Source: a virus. From it: a DNA stretch of 64,000 bases. Both the position numbers and the translations under genes were made by a program. Each line of letters opens with the position of its first letter. Position 1 is the first letter of the stretch. Below are positions 40,568 through 49,746 of this stretch, piece after piece. Location of the stretch: positions 75,883 to 139,882 of IMG/VR virus record IMGVR_UViG_3300046820_002568; one strand, 5' to 3'. The notes below the pieces were generated by a model. It was given only the letters and a program-made list of their open reading frames with translations, was not told the DNA's origin and made no database searches.

Positions 40568-41056
40568 TTAGTAAACAAGTACACAATAGTCAGGACGAAG
40601 AGTTGCAACAATCTTTGCAAGACCATCTTGACCATAATCAAGACCTTGGAAGTCAACATCAGTTAAGAAGGTTCCAACCAAAATCCATTTTTCTACAACA
40701 ACACCTGTTGGGTCTAATAACTGAAGTGTCACATCCTTTTTGTAACCAGCCGCGTAACCCATACGACCTGTTACAGATTCTGCATGTAGACGAACCCACT
40801 CCATAAGGGCTTGAGCCGCAGATGGACCAATTGGGTCACGGAAAGTACAGTTAATGGTTCCCCAAGTGTATCTACCTGCAACATATCTTTCAGTGTTCAA
40901 GAAAGGAATTGCAGTAGCTCCGATTGTAATTTTTGGACGAGAAGTAGATTCAACATACCACTCATTTATGCCGAGTTCCGATGGAAAGCTAAGAATGAAT
41001 CGGTTCATCCTTTTGGGTTCATACGGTATCGGCATTTTCATCAGTAAATCAGCCAT
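40568..41056 (-). CDS. Tail tube protein (gp19-like)
   Basis: YEPKRMNRF, RPKI, YVAGRYTW, YKKDVTLQLLDPTGVVVEKW. Confidence 0.9.
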   Translation of the reverse strand: MADLLMKMPIPYEPKRMNRFILSFPSELGINEWYVESTSRPKITIGATAIPFLNTERYVAGRYTWGTINCTFRDPIGPSAAQALMEWVRLHAESVTGRMGYAAGYKKDVTLQLLDPTGVVVEKWILVGTFLTDVDFQGLDYGQDGLAKIVATLRPDYCVLVY

Positions 41057-41088
41057 TTTTTTGTTTTTTTTTAAATTTTATTTTTATT

Positions 41089-41168
41089 ATAAATAGTGTA
41101 GTTTAAAAATTTTTCTATTTACTTTAATTTATTTTTAGTCAAACTTACACTAGTCTTACATATAAATA
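41089..41168 (-). promoter_or_regulatory. Tandem putative late promoters (TATTTAT at 41089-41095 and 41162-41168) for tail tube
   Basis: Two motif copies in the HAD-tube intergenic region. Confidence 0.6.
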
Positions 41169-41170
41169 TA

Positions 41171-41986
41171 TTAATACTTCTTTTTAACTCCTCCATGTGT
41201 TGAATACATTTGTACGATGTTATCAGGGTCATCTTTTAATGCACTTTTCATCTTTTCTAAGTTTCTTAAATCATCATCTGAAAATCCAATTGTAGGAATA
41301 AAATTATTGCTTACATCATTTTTAAGGTAAGGAGTCTGCCCAAGTTTTTTTGACATATTAATAACATACCTTGAAAATTCTTTTATTGCATCAACTTTTC
41401 CTTGTTCGGGACTTTGTGCTGACCCCTTTCCGTAAGTAACAGGATAATATTTGTTCATATTTAAATATTGTTCTATTAATTCAGAATCACTTAATTCATC
41501 TTCACCAGAAATCTCCCTGTATTTCTTTAAATTTCTTACAAGTTCTTTCTTTGAAAGTCCCTTATATCCAACTTCTATAAGATTTTCGATGGCTTGCTTA
41601 ATTGTCTCGGGAGAGTGACCTCTTGCTGTTATAATGGAAAAAATTGACCCTCCATTAATACATTCCACAAAATCATCCCAAGCCGGACCAGTTTTTGCAA
41701 GTAAGGAATCAATTATAAATTTTTTGTTTCCCGCTTCTGAGAAATTTCTAAAAGGATTCTCAGCAAAACCAACTATAGTCTTACCTTTATATTCAAAATC
41801 TTCTGTGCCAATTTTTGTCCTGTGTTCAGCAAAATCTTCTGTTCCCATACCAACTTCGTTTCCTTCAGAATCTTTTAAAATAATCTGAGTTGGCATATAC
41901 ATTAAATTATCATCCCAGTCAAAAGCATAATACTTTAAATCAGGAGTCAATTCTTCTTTAAAACCTTCTACTAACTTTAACTTCAT
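41171..41986 (-). CDS. HAD-superfamily phosphatase-like protein
   Basis: Motif I FDWDDNL, motif II ITARG, motif III K, motif IV GFSDDD. Confidence 0.75.
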   Translation of the reverse strand: MKLKLVEGFKEELTPDLKYYAFDWDDNLMYMPTQIILKDSEGNEVGMGTEDFAEHRTKIGTEDFEYKGKTIVGFAENPFRNFSEAGNKKFIIDSLLAKTGPAWDDFVECINGGSIFSIITARGHSPETIKQAIENLIEVGYKGLSKKELVRNLKKYREISGEDELSDSELIEQYLNMNKYYPVTYGKGSAQSPEQGKVDAIKEFSRYVINMSKKLGQTPYLKNDVSNNFIPTIGFSDDDLRNLEKMKSALKDDPDNIVQMYSTHGGVKKKY

Positions 41987-41990
41987 AACT

Positions 41991-41997
41991 ATAAATA
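41991..41997 (-). promoter_or_regulatory. Putative late promoter TATTTAT
   Basis: 4 nt upstream of the HAD ATG, immediately after the sheath terminator. Confidence 0.6.
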
Positions 41998-42007
41998 TAT
42001 TAAAAAT

Positions 42008-42036
42008 AAAAAACCCCCTGTTTCCAGAGGGTTTTT
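42008..42036 (-). terminator. Intrinsic terminator after tail sheath
   Basis: AAAAACCCTCTG-GAAA-CAGGGGGTTTTTT. Confidence 0.88.
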
Positions 42037-42056
42037 AAATTTATTTGTTTTCGATA

Positions 42057-45000
42057 TTAGATATTTTCGAAACTTGCTCCTTGTGGAGTGATAATAAACT
42101 CGATGTCGATAAATTCAAGAGCCTTAGTTGGCTTTAAGAATATTCGTCCTGACATTTGGTTAGAATCAAAATCCTCAGGGTTGTTTGATACAGTTACACG
42201 GAAGTCAGTGATACCACGGTCTCTTCTGATAGCATCCAAGATTGGGTTTACTGAATCCAAGAACTGTTGTCTTACAACTGCGTCGTTTTGTTCGAACAAC
42301 AATCTGATAGCAACTGCAGAAATCAATTTACGAGCTTGTAACAACAATCTTCTCACATTAACTCTGTCAAGAGGACTTTCTCTAACCTGAAGTGTCTTAT
42401 TACCCCAAATTACAGTTCCAACATCGTTAAATGTTGCGATTGGGTTAAGTCTTCCTTGGTAAAGAGTATCTCTATCAAGTTGTGTTAATCTGCGTCTTGC
42501 TCTTACTGAATTAACAATACCTCTTGTGTAACCTGCGGTTGCGAACCAAGGGAATGCTATGTTATCAGTAAGTGCTAAGTTACGACATACTTCAGCCGTT
42601 GCTGGAATATAGATTTGAGTGTTGTATACACTATCACGAGTCAATACCCATGGGTAGTAAGTAATAGTGTAGTTTGAATCAATATTAGCATCTTCCAATG
42701 CGACAACAGCATCTTGTGGATATACAAAGTTATCCATAGAACCTGAAGGTTGTAACAAATCAAAGTCAGGTGTTGTTGTAACATAAATTGAGTCAGCTCT
42801 GTCAATTTCAACCATATCAATCGCAGCTCTTACCAATTTATAGTTATTAACATGGTCAATACCAGGAGTTGCAAATACATTAATATTAATAATACCAGGA
42901 TTGTTAAATGACTCAATACCGAGTAAGTATGCGTAGTAGTCAGTATTAGCGTAGTCAGATGTGTTATCTTCTACAGTAATTTGTCTAAATGCACCCCATC
43001 CTGTTGCGTTTGCATATGGCTGACAACCCGCTCTTGCACCATATAGGTAACCAGTTTTACCAAGTACAAAATCATCACCATTAGTTCTATACTCTCTATA
43101 GATGTCCCAACCGTCAAAACCACCATAAGGAAGTACGGTAAATTTACGAGAATAAGTTCTAAAGTATGTTTCGTTAGAATTTGTTGGTTCAGTGTTAAAT
43201 TGTCCAGCACCTACCTCAAAGGCCGATTGACCTGAAGTTGAATATATAGATGAGATTAATACAACACTAGCACCACTATCCATGTGGAAACCTTTTGTTA
43301 AATAAGACCAATTAGAATATGTTTGTTCTGTACAAGTCCAACCTGAAGGAGTTTGTTTACCTTTGTAATCAAAGAAGTTCACATCCCATCCAACAGATGT
43401 ACTAAATCCAAGGTAGCTTCTTCTAACATTATCACCCGAACTAATCACTTCATCATCTACACCCAAAATAGTACCAAATGGTGGATTATATAATACATCA
43501 CCAGGTGCGTTATACTGAGTTTTATAGATTGGGAAAGGAGGAGTTGATGTTGAGTAATTTCTTATCAAGTATCCCTCAAAACCTGCAGGAAGAGCGTCTG
43601 ATGGGGCATCCTCATTAACCTCAAGCATAATGTATTTAGAATTAATTGCATACTCTCCGTCAGTTGTACCAATCTTTTTAGCAACATAGTTGTTTTGAGC
43701 TGGGTCCATTGAACAACTTGTATACTTTTCTAAAATTACAGGATTTGCATCAGTATCGTTATAATCTCTAACAAGTACATCAAATGTCATAAGGTCAAAA
43801 GACATATTTGCAACCGATAATTTAACTTCTCTGTTTGCTGAGTTACCATCTGAAATAGTGATATATCTGAAAAGTTGATAAACTGTATTACCACGAAGTT
43901 CAGAAACAATCCATGGTGAGTAAGCAGTTTGGTATCTTTCCAAATAGTTAGCAATTGAAGTTGAACTATTACCTTGGGCTTGAGGTAAATAAATCAATGT
44001 AGAATTTAACCCTCTAATAAAACCTTTATTATATCCATGATACAATAATGTTGGGAATCTCTCCTCAACAAATATCGGAACATCGACCCTATTTTTTTGG
44101 AAGTTACCGGTGCCAAAAACTTTACTAATAAAGTTTGAGTTAGTGTCATCTAATGAAATTTCAAAATTTGTAACCGCAGAATCTTTATCAGTAATAGAAA
44201 CTCCAAATGTTCCATAAGGATTTTCAAGAACTCCTGAGTAGGCTCCTGTGAAATCTAATGTGACAGTGTTCCCAGTTACTTGATATTGAGGACCGTGATT
44301 TGTGGTTGAATATTCAGTAATACCTCTTGAGCGTAATGTCGCCATAACAACATTGTCGTATTCAGTATAAGCGGTGCCTAGATATGGGAAAATATCATAA
44401 GTAATTGTCCCAGTAGGAGTAACACCCGAAGCAAAAGTCGTAACTGTAGCATACCAAGAATATCCTGTATATGTTCCTGAACCATTAGGTACAAATGCCC
44501 CGTAATACCAAGGGTCATTTAGAGCATCTGTTAGTGTGTTTGCTGAGTATACAGAACCGTCAACTCCAAAATTGTTAGTAACTGTTCTTGAACCAATTGC
44601 AGTTACACCTGAAGAGTGAAGAGAACCCCAAAGACTAATTGTACTACCACTAGAAGATGGATTACCAACAATCGATAATATAAATGCATCCAAGTCATCT
44701 TGATAAGAAGAAGTACTTCCATCAAATTTTATATATGGTGTTGAAAATTCAAGTCCCGCTGAAGTTGCGGAAAACGCACCAACCGTATAAGTTACGACTG
44801 AAGTTCCAGTGTTTACAGAAAAAGTAAAAGTTGCTGTTCCAGCAGCCGCTGCTCCCTCTATAATTGTAGAAGAATTTACATTTGCAATAGAAGTTAATGA
44901 CCAAGATGGTCCTGCATCATAACCTGAAAGACCAAGTACTCTTGATACAAATAATTGATTTGATTGTTGTAAATACGCCTTAGCAATATATGCTAATTCA

Positions 45001-45218
45001 TACTTTGGAATTTGTGTGTTCACAAATTTTTCCGGACTTGTTGTACCAAAATACGCTTGGAACTCTTCATAATTTGTCACAAAAATAGGTTCAAAAGCTG
45101 GACCTTTCAGTGTTTCACCTGCAATACCAAGCGTTGTAACACCTACACTTTGTGCAACATACGAAAGTTCGGTTTCGGTAGTATACACACCGGGAGAAAC
45201 GAAAACTTTTGTTGCCAT
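42057..45218 (-). CDS. Tail sheath protein (gp18-like)
   Basis: FVSPGVYTTE, PWFATAGYTRG, WGNKTLQ, RVNVRRLL, LFEQND, KALEFIDIEF. Confidence 0.96.
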   Translation of the reverse strand: MATKVFVSPGVYTTETELSYVAQSVGVTTLGIAGETLKGPAFEPIFVTNYEEFQAYFGTTSPEKFVNTQIPKYELAYIAKAYLQQSNQLFVSRVLGLSGYDAGPSWSLTSIANVNSSTIIEGAAAAGTATFTFSVNTGTSVVTYTVGAFSATSAGLEFSTPYIKFDGSTSSYQDDLDAFILSIVGNPSSSGSTISLWGSLHSSGVTAIGSRTVTNNFGVDGSVYSANTLTDALNDPWYYGAFVPNGSGTYTGYSWYATVTTFASGVTPTGTITYDIFPYLGTAYTEYDNVVMATLRSRGITEYSTTNHGPQYQVTGNTVTLDFTGAYSGVLENPYGTFGVSITDKDSAVTNFEISLDDTNSNFISKVFGTGNFQKNRVDVPIFVEERFPTLLYHGYNKGFIRGLNSTLIYLPQAQGNSSTSIANYLERYQTAYSPWIVSELRGNTVYQLFRYITISDGNSANREVKLSVANMSFDLMTFDVLVRDYNDTDANPVILEKYTSCSMDPAQNNYVAKKIGTTDGEYAINSKYIMLEVNEDAPSDALPAGFEGYLIRNYSTSTPPFPIYKTQYNAPGDVLYNPPFGTILGVDDEVISSGDNVRRSYLGFSTSVGWDVNFFDYKGKQTPSGWTCTEQTYSNWSYLTKGFHMDSGASVVLISSIYSTSGQSAFEVGAGQFNTEPTNSNETYFRTYSRKFTVLPYGGFDGWDIYREYRTNGDDFVLGKTGYLYGARAGCQPYANATGWGAFRQITVEDNTSDYANTDYYAYLLGIESFNNPGIININVFATPGIDHVNNYKLVRAAIDMVEIDRADSIYVTTTPDFDLLQPSGSMDNFVYPQDAVVALEDANIDSNYTITYYPWVLTRDSVYNTQIYIPATAEVCRNLALTDNIAFPWFATAGYTRGIVNSVRARRRLTQLDRDTLYQGRLNPIATFNDVGTVIWGNKTLQVRESPLDRVNVRRLLLQARKLISAVAIRLLFEQNDAVVRQQFLDSVNPILDAIRRDRGITDFRVTVSNNPEDFDSNQMSGRIFLKPTKALEFIDIEFIITPQGASFENI

Positions 45219-45251
45219 TTGTTTTTTTGTTTTTTAAAGATTTATTTTTCA

Positions 45252-45258
45252 ATAAATA
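45252..45258 (-). promoter_or_regulatory. Putative late promoter TATTTAT for sheath
   Basis: 33 nt upstream of the sheath ATG. Confidence 0.6.
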
Positions 45259-45294
45259 CCATATAAAAAAACAAAAGTTTTTATTTAACAAAAC

Positions 45295-45329
45295 TATTTA
45301 TTTAAAAGTAAGAATAAATTCTTACTTTT
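45295..45329 (+). promoter_or_regulatory. TATTTAT motif followed by a perfect 12-bp inverted repeat (putative operator)
   Basis: TATTTAT 45295-45301; AAAAGTAAGAAT-AA-ATTCTTACTTTT 45304-45329. Confidence 0.65.
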
Positions 45330-45336
45330 TTCTGCT

Positions 45337-45486
45337 TTGTCAATTAAGAACCTCAAGATATCAGAAGAATCTCACACAATACTAAAAAAGTATTGCCAAA
45401 AAAAAGGATTAAAGATTCATAAGTTCTTAGAGAATTTAATAATTGAAACCTGTTCTGAAAAGAAAGATTTATACGGAGAACTTTAA
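45337..45486 (+). CDS. Small ribbon-helix-helix-like regulator (49 aa, TTG start)
   Basis: Not in ORF track. MSIKNLKISEESHTILKKYCQKKGLKIHKFLENLIIETCSEKKDLYGEL; beta-alpha-G-alpha pattern. Confidence 0.7.
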   Translation: MSIKNLKISEESHTILKKYCQKKGLKIHKFLENLIIETCSEKKDLYGEL

Positions 45487-46541
45487 ATTACCTCAACTGA
45501 TATCTGTATCTTTGAAGGAATTGTATTATCAGTTTTAACAATATTAATTAATAATACATCTTCTGAATTTACAGATAATTTTGAATCAGGTTGATTTAGG
45601 ATGTCATCCCCATAAAACAAACCATTAATTGTAAAAGTATAAGAGTCGATATTATCTAATCCAACAAGTCGTAAATTTGCGTTGTATTTAAACTCTTGTG
45701 TAAAACTCGTATCACCAAATGGAAAATCAAACACTAAATCAAAATTTGAACTCGTGTCAGTTGTCCTACGATTTTTTTTAACTTTAGGCGATTTTTCATT
45801 TGTTTCTAAAAGTGTAAAAGTTCTGCTAACACCAGGACTTACTTGGAATTCATTTTCATCCATTAAGAACCCCATCATTGTAAAATTGTAACTTTGAATG
45901 TAATATTTTCTTTTTTCTATTTCTGTTACAGATTCATCTTGAAGGTCATCCATAATAATTGGGATGTAGTGACCTTTAATTTGAGTGTATGCTTGTCTTG
46001 ACGAAAATTTTTCTATAATAACTTTATTTAAAGCATTTAACTCCCTCATTCTGTTACAAATGATTTTTATTGAGAATTTAATATCCACAGGAACAGGTTG
46101 TGGAATTGTGTAAACATCCATTCCCTTAACTCCATTATCCCAATTTGGGACCATTGCATAAAAAAATTGTTTTCTATTTGGTATTGTATATTGAAGGGAT
46201 GGAAGTGTTCCGTATTTTACTTCAGGATTTCTAACTGTCGTAATTACAGGAACACTAACATTTTTATCTAAATCATTGATATTCCAAGTTTGGGTAAACT
46301 GAGCCCAATTCTGGGTTGTAATTAAAATATCAACAACAGGAACTACTTTACCATCGGTTACAACTCTTAGTTCGTTTTTAACAAAATCTAAAAAACCTCT
46401 GTCTAAATCTTCATGTAAAATTGATTTTGGTAAAAAAGTTCCGTACTGATTTATTTGGTCGAGCATTTCTTGTCTTCTTGACGGACCATATAATTCAGGA
46501 GTCAATCTAATATGTTTTTTTATTTTCTTTCCAAATCCCAT
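45483..46541 (-). CDS. Tail terminator / sheath stabiliser (gp15-like)
   Basis: 352 aa upstream of sheath; IPQPVPVDIKFSI, YIQSYNFTMMG. Confidence 0.65.
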   Translation of the reverse strand: MGFGKKIKKHIRLTPELYGPSRRQEMLDQINQYGTFLPKSILHEDLDRGFLDFVKNELRVVTDGKVVPVVDILITTQNWAQFTQTWNINDLDKNVSVPVITTVRNPEVKYGTLPSLQYTIPNRKQFFYAMVPNWDNGVKGMDVYTIPQPVPVDIKFSIKIICNRMRELNALNKVIIEKFSSRQAYTQIKGHYIPIIMDDLQDESVTEIEKRKYYIQSYNFTMMGFLMDENEFQVSPGVSRTFTLLETNEKSPKVKKNRRTTDTSSNFDLVFDFPFGDTSFTQEFKYNANLRLVGLDNIDSYTFTINGLFYGDDILNQPDSKLSVNSEDVLLINIVKTDNTIPSKIQISVEVI

Positions 46542-47056
46542 TATAATCCTCTAAATTCATTATCGTTTACAGGAACCGCAATAATGGTTCTGTAAAATGG
46601 TTTGTAACCACCATAAGTATGTTTGTTGTCCGACACCACACGACCATCATTTGCAACTGAGTAATACCTAACTCTTTTTTCAGTTTCATAATAACCAACA
46701 TAATCACCAAATTCAACTTCAATACCAAGTTCATCAAGATGTGATTGGTAGACTGAAATTCTAATATTACCAGGTTCCATTTGGTCAAGTTTAGAATTAC
46801 CCAAAAACTTATTCTCAGGTGCTGATACTTGAACGAATGCCTTAAATTCTATTGGTGGATGAAACTTAATAGAATCTTTTGTAGTTTCACCGTAGACATC
46901 ATCAGTATTTGTTTTGGCCCTATCAACTTTGTATAAAACAAGAGTGAAATTCATATCCCCATGAAGCCACTCCTTACCCATATTCACATCAAGGTTAAAA
47001 TCCTCGGCTCCAAAGAATTTATTTAATCTTGTAATTGGGATATTCCTCTGTGACAT
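46541..47056 (-). CDS. Neck / head-closure protein (gp14-like)
   Basis: DDVYGE...IEVEFGDYV; coupled to the gp15-like gene. Confidence 0.65.
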   Translation of the reverse strand: MSQRNIPITRLNKFFGAEDFNLDVNMGKEWLHGDMNFTLVLYKVDRAKTNTDDVYGETTKDSIKFHPPIEFKAFVQVSAPENKFLGNSKLDQMEPGNIRISVYQSHLDELGIEVEFGDYVGYYETEKRVRYYSVANDGRVVSDNKHTYGGYKPFYRTIIAVPVNDNEFRGL

Positions 47057-47088
47057 ATTGATAAATATCTAATTTTGAATTATAATTA
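47057..47088. promoter_or_regulatory. Overlapping divergent promoters: minus-strand TATTTAT (47061-47067) and plus-strand ATTG-N20-TATAATTA
   Basis: 37-nt gap between the neck gene and the SNF2 helicase. Confidence 0.5.
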
Positions 47089-47093
47089 ACATA

Positions 47094-48863
47094 GTGCAAG
47101 AATCTGTTGACATTAGAAGTATTGAACAGAAAGCCCTACAAATCTTAGAAGAATACAAGGGCTCAAATAACTATATCCTAAAGTTAAAACAACAGCATGC
47201 AGTTAACCAAAAATTTATCCCAACAAGAGCCCAATGTGATTATATAATTGGGTTCAATCAGGTGGAACCAAAAGTTGCAAAAAAGTGGGTTGATATTGAT
47301 TCATATTTTGCAAAAAAACTTGTGGATGATAATCCATTCATTAAGGAACCTGATAAAATTTATGTTGAAAAACTTCTTGTAGAAAAAGATAAGTCATATC
47401 ACATTTGGGGAAAGATTTTTAGTGGGGATACAATTCACGACTTTTGGATTCCTAAAACGGCAATCCATAAAGCAAAAACAAGAACTGCTGAAGTTGATTG
47501 GGATAAGTATTCTCACAGACCCGCTCTTAATCATCAAAAAGAATGTATCATTAAACTTCTTGAAAATGACAAATACATTGTTGCCGATGATATGGGTCTC
47601 GGAAAGACAACCTCAACTGTTATTTCATCTATTGAAAGTGGGGCCAAAAAGATTTTAATCATCTGTCCCGCAACACTCAAGATAAATTGGAAAAGGGAAA
47701 TTGCTCTTTATACCGATGAATCAGTTTACATTGTTGAGAGTAAGAAATGGGAGGAGGGTCACAAATATTATATTATAAATTACGATATAATGAAAAACTT
47801 CCACGAACCAAAATCAAAAGAATCTATTTTAATGAAAGAGAATTTTGATTTGGTTGTAATTGATGAAGCTCACTATATTTCAAACCCTCAAGCTCAGAGA
47901 ACAAAAATTATAAACGATTTGGTTGGAAATTCTGAAAGACTTTGGCTTTTAACAGGAACTCCGATGACCTCAAGACCAATGAATTATTACAATCTTCTAA
48001 ATTTAATTGAGAGTCCTGTTGCCGCAAATTGGATGGCATACGCCATTAGATATTGTGCGGGTTATCAGTTCTCAGTTGGAAAAAGAAAAGTTTGGAATGT
48101 TAATGGGGCATCAAATCTCGAAGAATTGAGAGACAGAACTTCCCGTCATGTGATTAGAAGATTAAAAACTGAGGTCTTGGATTTACCTGATAAAATTATT
48201 ACACCACTTTACCAAAGACTAAGTTCAAGATTATATGAAGAACTTATGGGTGAATACTATGACTGGTACACAAACAAAAAAGAAGAGTCAAAATCTTTGA
48301 CCATTCAGTTCTCAAAACTAACAAAAGTTAGACAGGTAATTGCTGAAGAAAAAATTGCGACCACAATTGAGGTTGCGGAAAACATTATTGAACAAGGAAA
48401 GAAAGTTATAATCTTTTCAAACTTTACAGAACCCCTTCAAAAAATTCATGAACATTTTAAAAAACAATCTGTTTATTTGGACGGGTCAACATCAAAACCA
48501 GCAAGACAAAAGGCTGTGGATGACTTCCAAGAAAATGATAAAGTAAAAGTTTTTTGTGGGAATATTAAAGCCGCTGGTGTTGGAATTACATTAACTGCCG
48601 CCGAAGCTGTCATTATGAATGACCTTTCATTTTTACCTTCAGACCACGCTCAAGCGGAGGATAGGTCTTACAGATACGGACAAAAAAATAATGTTTTGGT
48701 CTACTACCCTATTTTCGAAAATACTTTGGAGATGGAAATTTATAATATTTTATCAAGAAAGAAACAAATCATAGGAACCGTTATGGGGGATACCCAAGAT
48801 TCGGAGACAGATATAGTTGAGCAAATACTTAATGAAATTAATTCATACTCAAATAAAAGATAA
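47094..48863 (+). CDS. SNF2-family (HARP/SMARCAL1-like) helicase
   Basis: ADDMGLGKT, DEAH, LTGTP, GVGITLT, QAEDRSYRYGQ. Confidence 0.92.
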   Translation: MQESVDIRSIEQKALQILEEYKGSNNYILKLKQQHAVNQKFIPTRAQCDYIIGFNQVEPKVAKKWVDIDSYFAKKLVDDNPFIKEPDKIYVEKLLVEKDKSYHIWGKIFSGDTIHDFWIPKTAIHKAKTRTAEVDWDKYSHRPALNHQKECIIKLLENDKYIVADDMGLGKTTSTVISSIESGAKKILIICPATLKINWKREIALYTDESVYIVESKKWEEGHKYYIINYDIMKNFHEPKSKESILMKENFDLVVIDEAHYISNPQAQRTKIINDLVGNSERLWLLTGTPMTSRPMNYYNLLNLIESPVAANWMAYAIRYCAGYQFSVGKRKVWNVNGASNLEELRDRTSRHVIRRLKTEVLDLPDKIITPLYQRLSSRLYEELMGEYYDWYTNKKEESKSLTIQFSKLTKVRQVIAEEKIATTIEVAENIIEQGKKVIIFSNFTEPLQKIHEHFKKQSVYLDGSTSKPARQKAVDDFQENDKVKVFCGNIKAAGVGITLTAAEAVIMNDLSFLPSDHAQAEDRSYRYGQKNNVLVYYPIFENTLEMEIYNILSRKKQIIGTVMGDTQDSETDIVEQILNEINSYSNKR

Positions 48864-48890
48864 AAGTATAACTTTTACTATGTATTAAGA

Positions 48891-48897
48891 TATTTAT
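48891..48897 (+). promoter_or_regulatory. Putative late promoter TATTTAT of RHH-HNH cassette 2
   Basis: AGATATTTATTATTATG. Confidence 0.6.
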
Positions 48898-48901
48898 TAT
48901 T

Positions 48902-49057
48902 ATGGGAAGACCACCAAAAAAAGAAGAGGATAAAAAAATTAAAATAGGTATTAGTTTAGATAAAAAACTATATAACAAAATAATGAAAGATGGAGGAAAG
49001 GTTTCCCGAATAATTGAAGGAATTATCAATGAATATTGTGAAAACAAAAATTTGTAG
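48902..49057 (+). CDS. Small ribbon-helix-helix-like DNA-binding protein (51 aa)
   Basis: Not in ORF track. MGRPPKKEEDKKIKIGISLDKKLYNKIMKDGGKVSRIIEGIINEYCENKNL; paralog of 20200-20361. Confidence 0.75.
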   Translation: MGRPPKKEEDKKIKIGISLDKKLYNKIMKDGGKVSRIIEGIINEYCENKNL

Positions 49058-49733
49058 TAAGTGTAAATTAATAAAAAATATTAGTGAGTTTGTAAAACAC
49101 CCTCAAACCAAGGATGGGTTACAGTGCCGTTGTAATGAATGTCGTAAAATAGAAAAAAAGGAATATTATAAAAAAAACAAAAAATCAATAAACGACAAAT
49201 CAAAAAAATATAGGGAAGATAACACACAAAAACTTATTGATTACTCTAGAAATTATTATAAGAAAAATAAAAAAAAATTACTTGAGGATAAAAAAGAATA
49301 TTATAAAAAAAATTCTGAATTAATTTATAAAAAGTTAGTAATTTATAATAAAAAAAATAAAAAAAAGGTAAATTTTTATAAAAATAATTATAATAAAGAA
49401 AAAAAGAAAAGTTCTAATTTATTTAAATTAAGAATATTAATGAGAGATAGATTAAACAAATATTTTAAAAACTCATCATTATCTAAAAAAAATACGACCT
49501 TTAAAATAATTGGGTGTGAGCCGAAGCAACTAAAAGAACATCTTGAAAATCAATTCAAAGAAGGGATGACATGGGATAACCACGGACTTTATGGTTGGCA
49601 TATTGACCACATAATTCCTTTATCTTCGGCTAAAACTGAAGAAGAAATTATTAAATTATGTCATTATAGTAATTTACAACCACTATGGGCTAAAGACAAT
49701 TTAAGTAAGGGTTCTAAAATCAGCAATAGATGA
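49038..49733 (+). CDS. HNH (homing) endonuclease with N-terminal CxxC zinc finger
   Basis: Start set at GTG 49038 by alignment to the paralog (MKTKIC vs MKTKVC); CSKC...CNEC; WHIDHIIPLSSAKTEEE..KLCHYSNLQPLW. Confidence 0.88.
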   Translation: MKTKICSKCKLIKNISEFVKHPQTKDGLQCRCNECRKIEKKEYYKKNKKSINDKSKKYREDNTQKLIDYSRNYYKKNKKKLLEDKKEYYKKNSELIYKKLVIYNKKNKKKVNFYKNNYNKEKKKSSNLFKLRILMRDRLNKYFKNSSLSKKNTTFKIIGCEPKQLKEHLENQFKEGMTWDNHGLYGWHIDHIIPLSSAKTEEEIIKLCHYSNLQPLWAKDNLSKGSKISNR

Positions 49734-49734
49734 G

Positions 49735-49741
49735 TATTTAT
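49735..49741 (+). promoter_or_regulatory. Putative late promoter TATTTAT
   Basis: 5 nt upstream of the SOD ATG 49747. Confidence 0.6.
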
Positions 49742-49746
49742 TATTG

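Noticed and set aside
48838-49047. 69-aa minus-strand hydrophobic ORF
   Set aside because: Antisense to the better-supported RHH ORF (48902-49057), which has a paralog and a promoter motif
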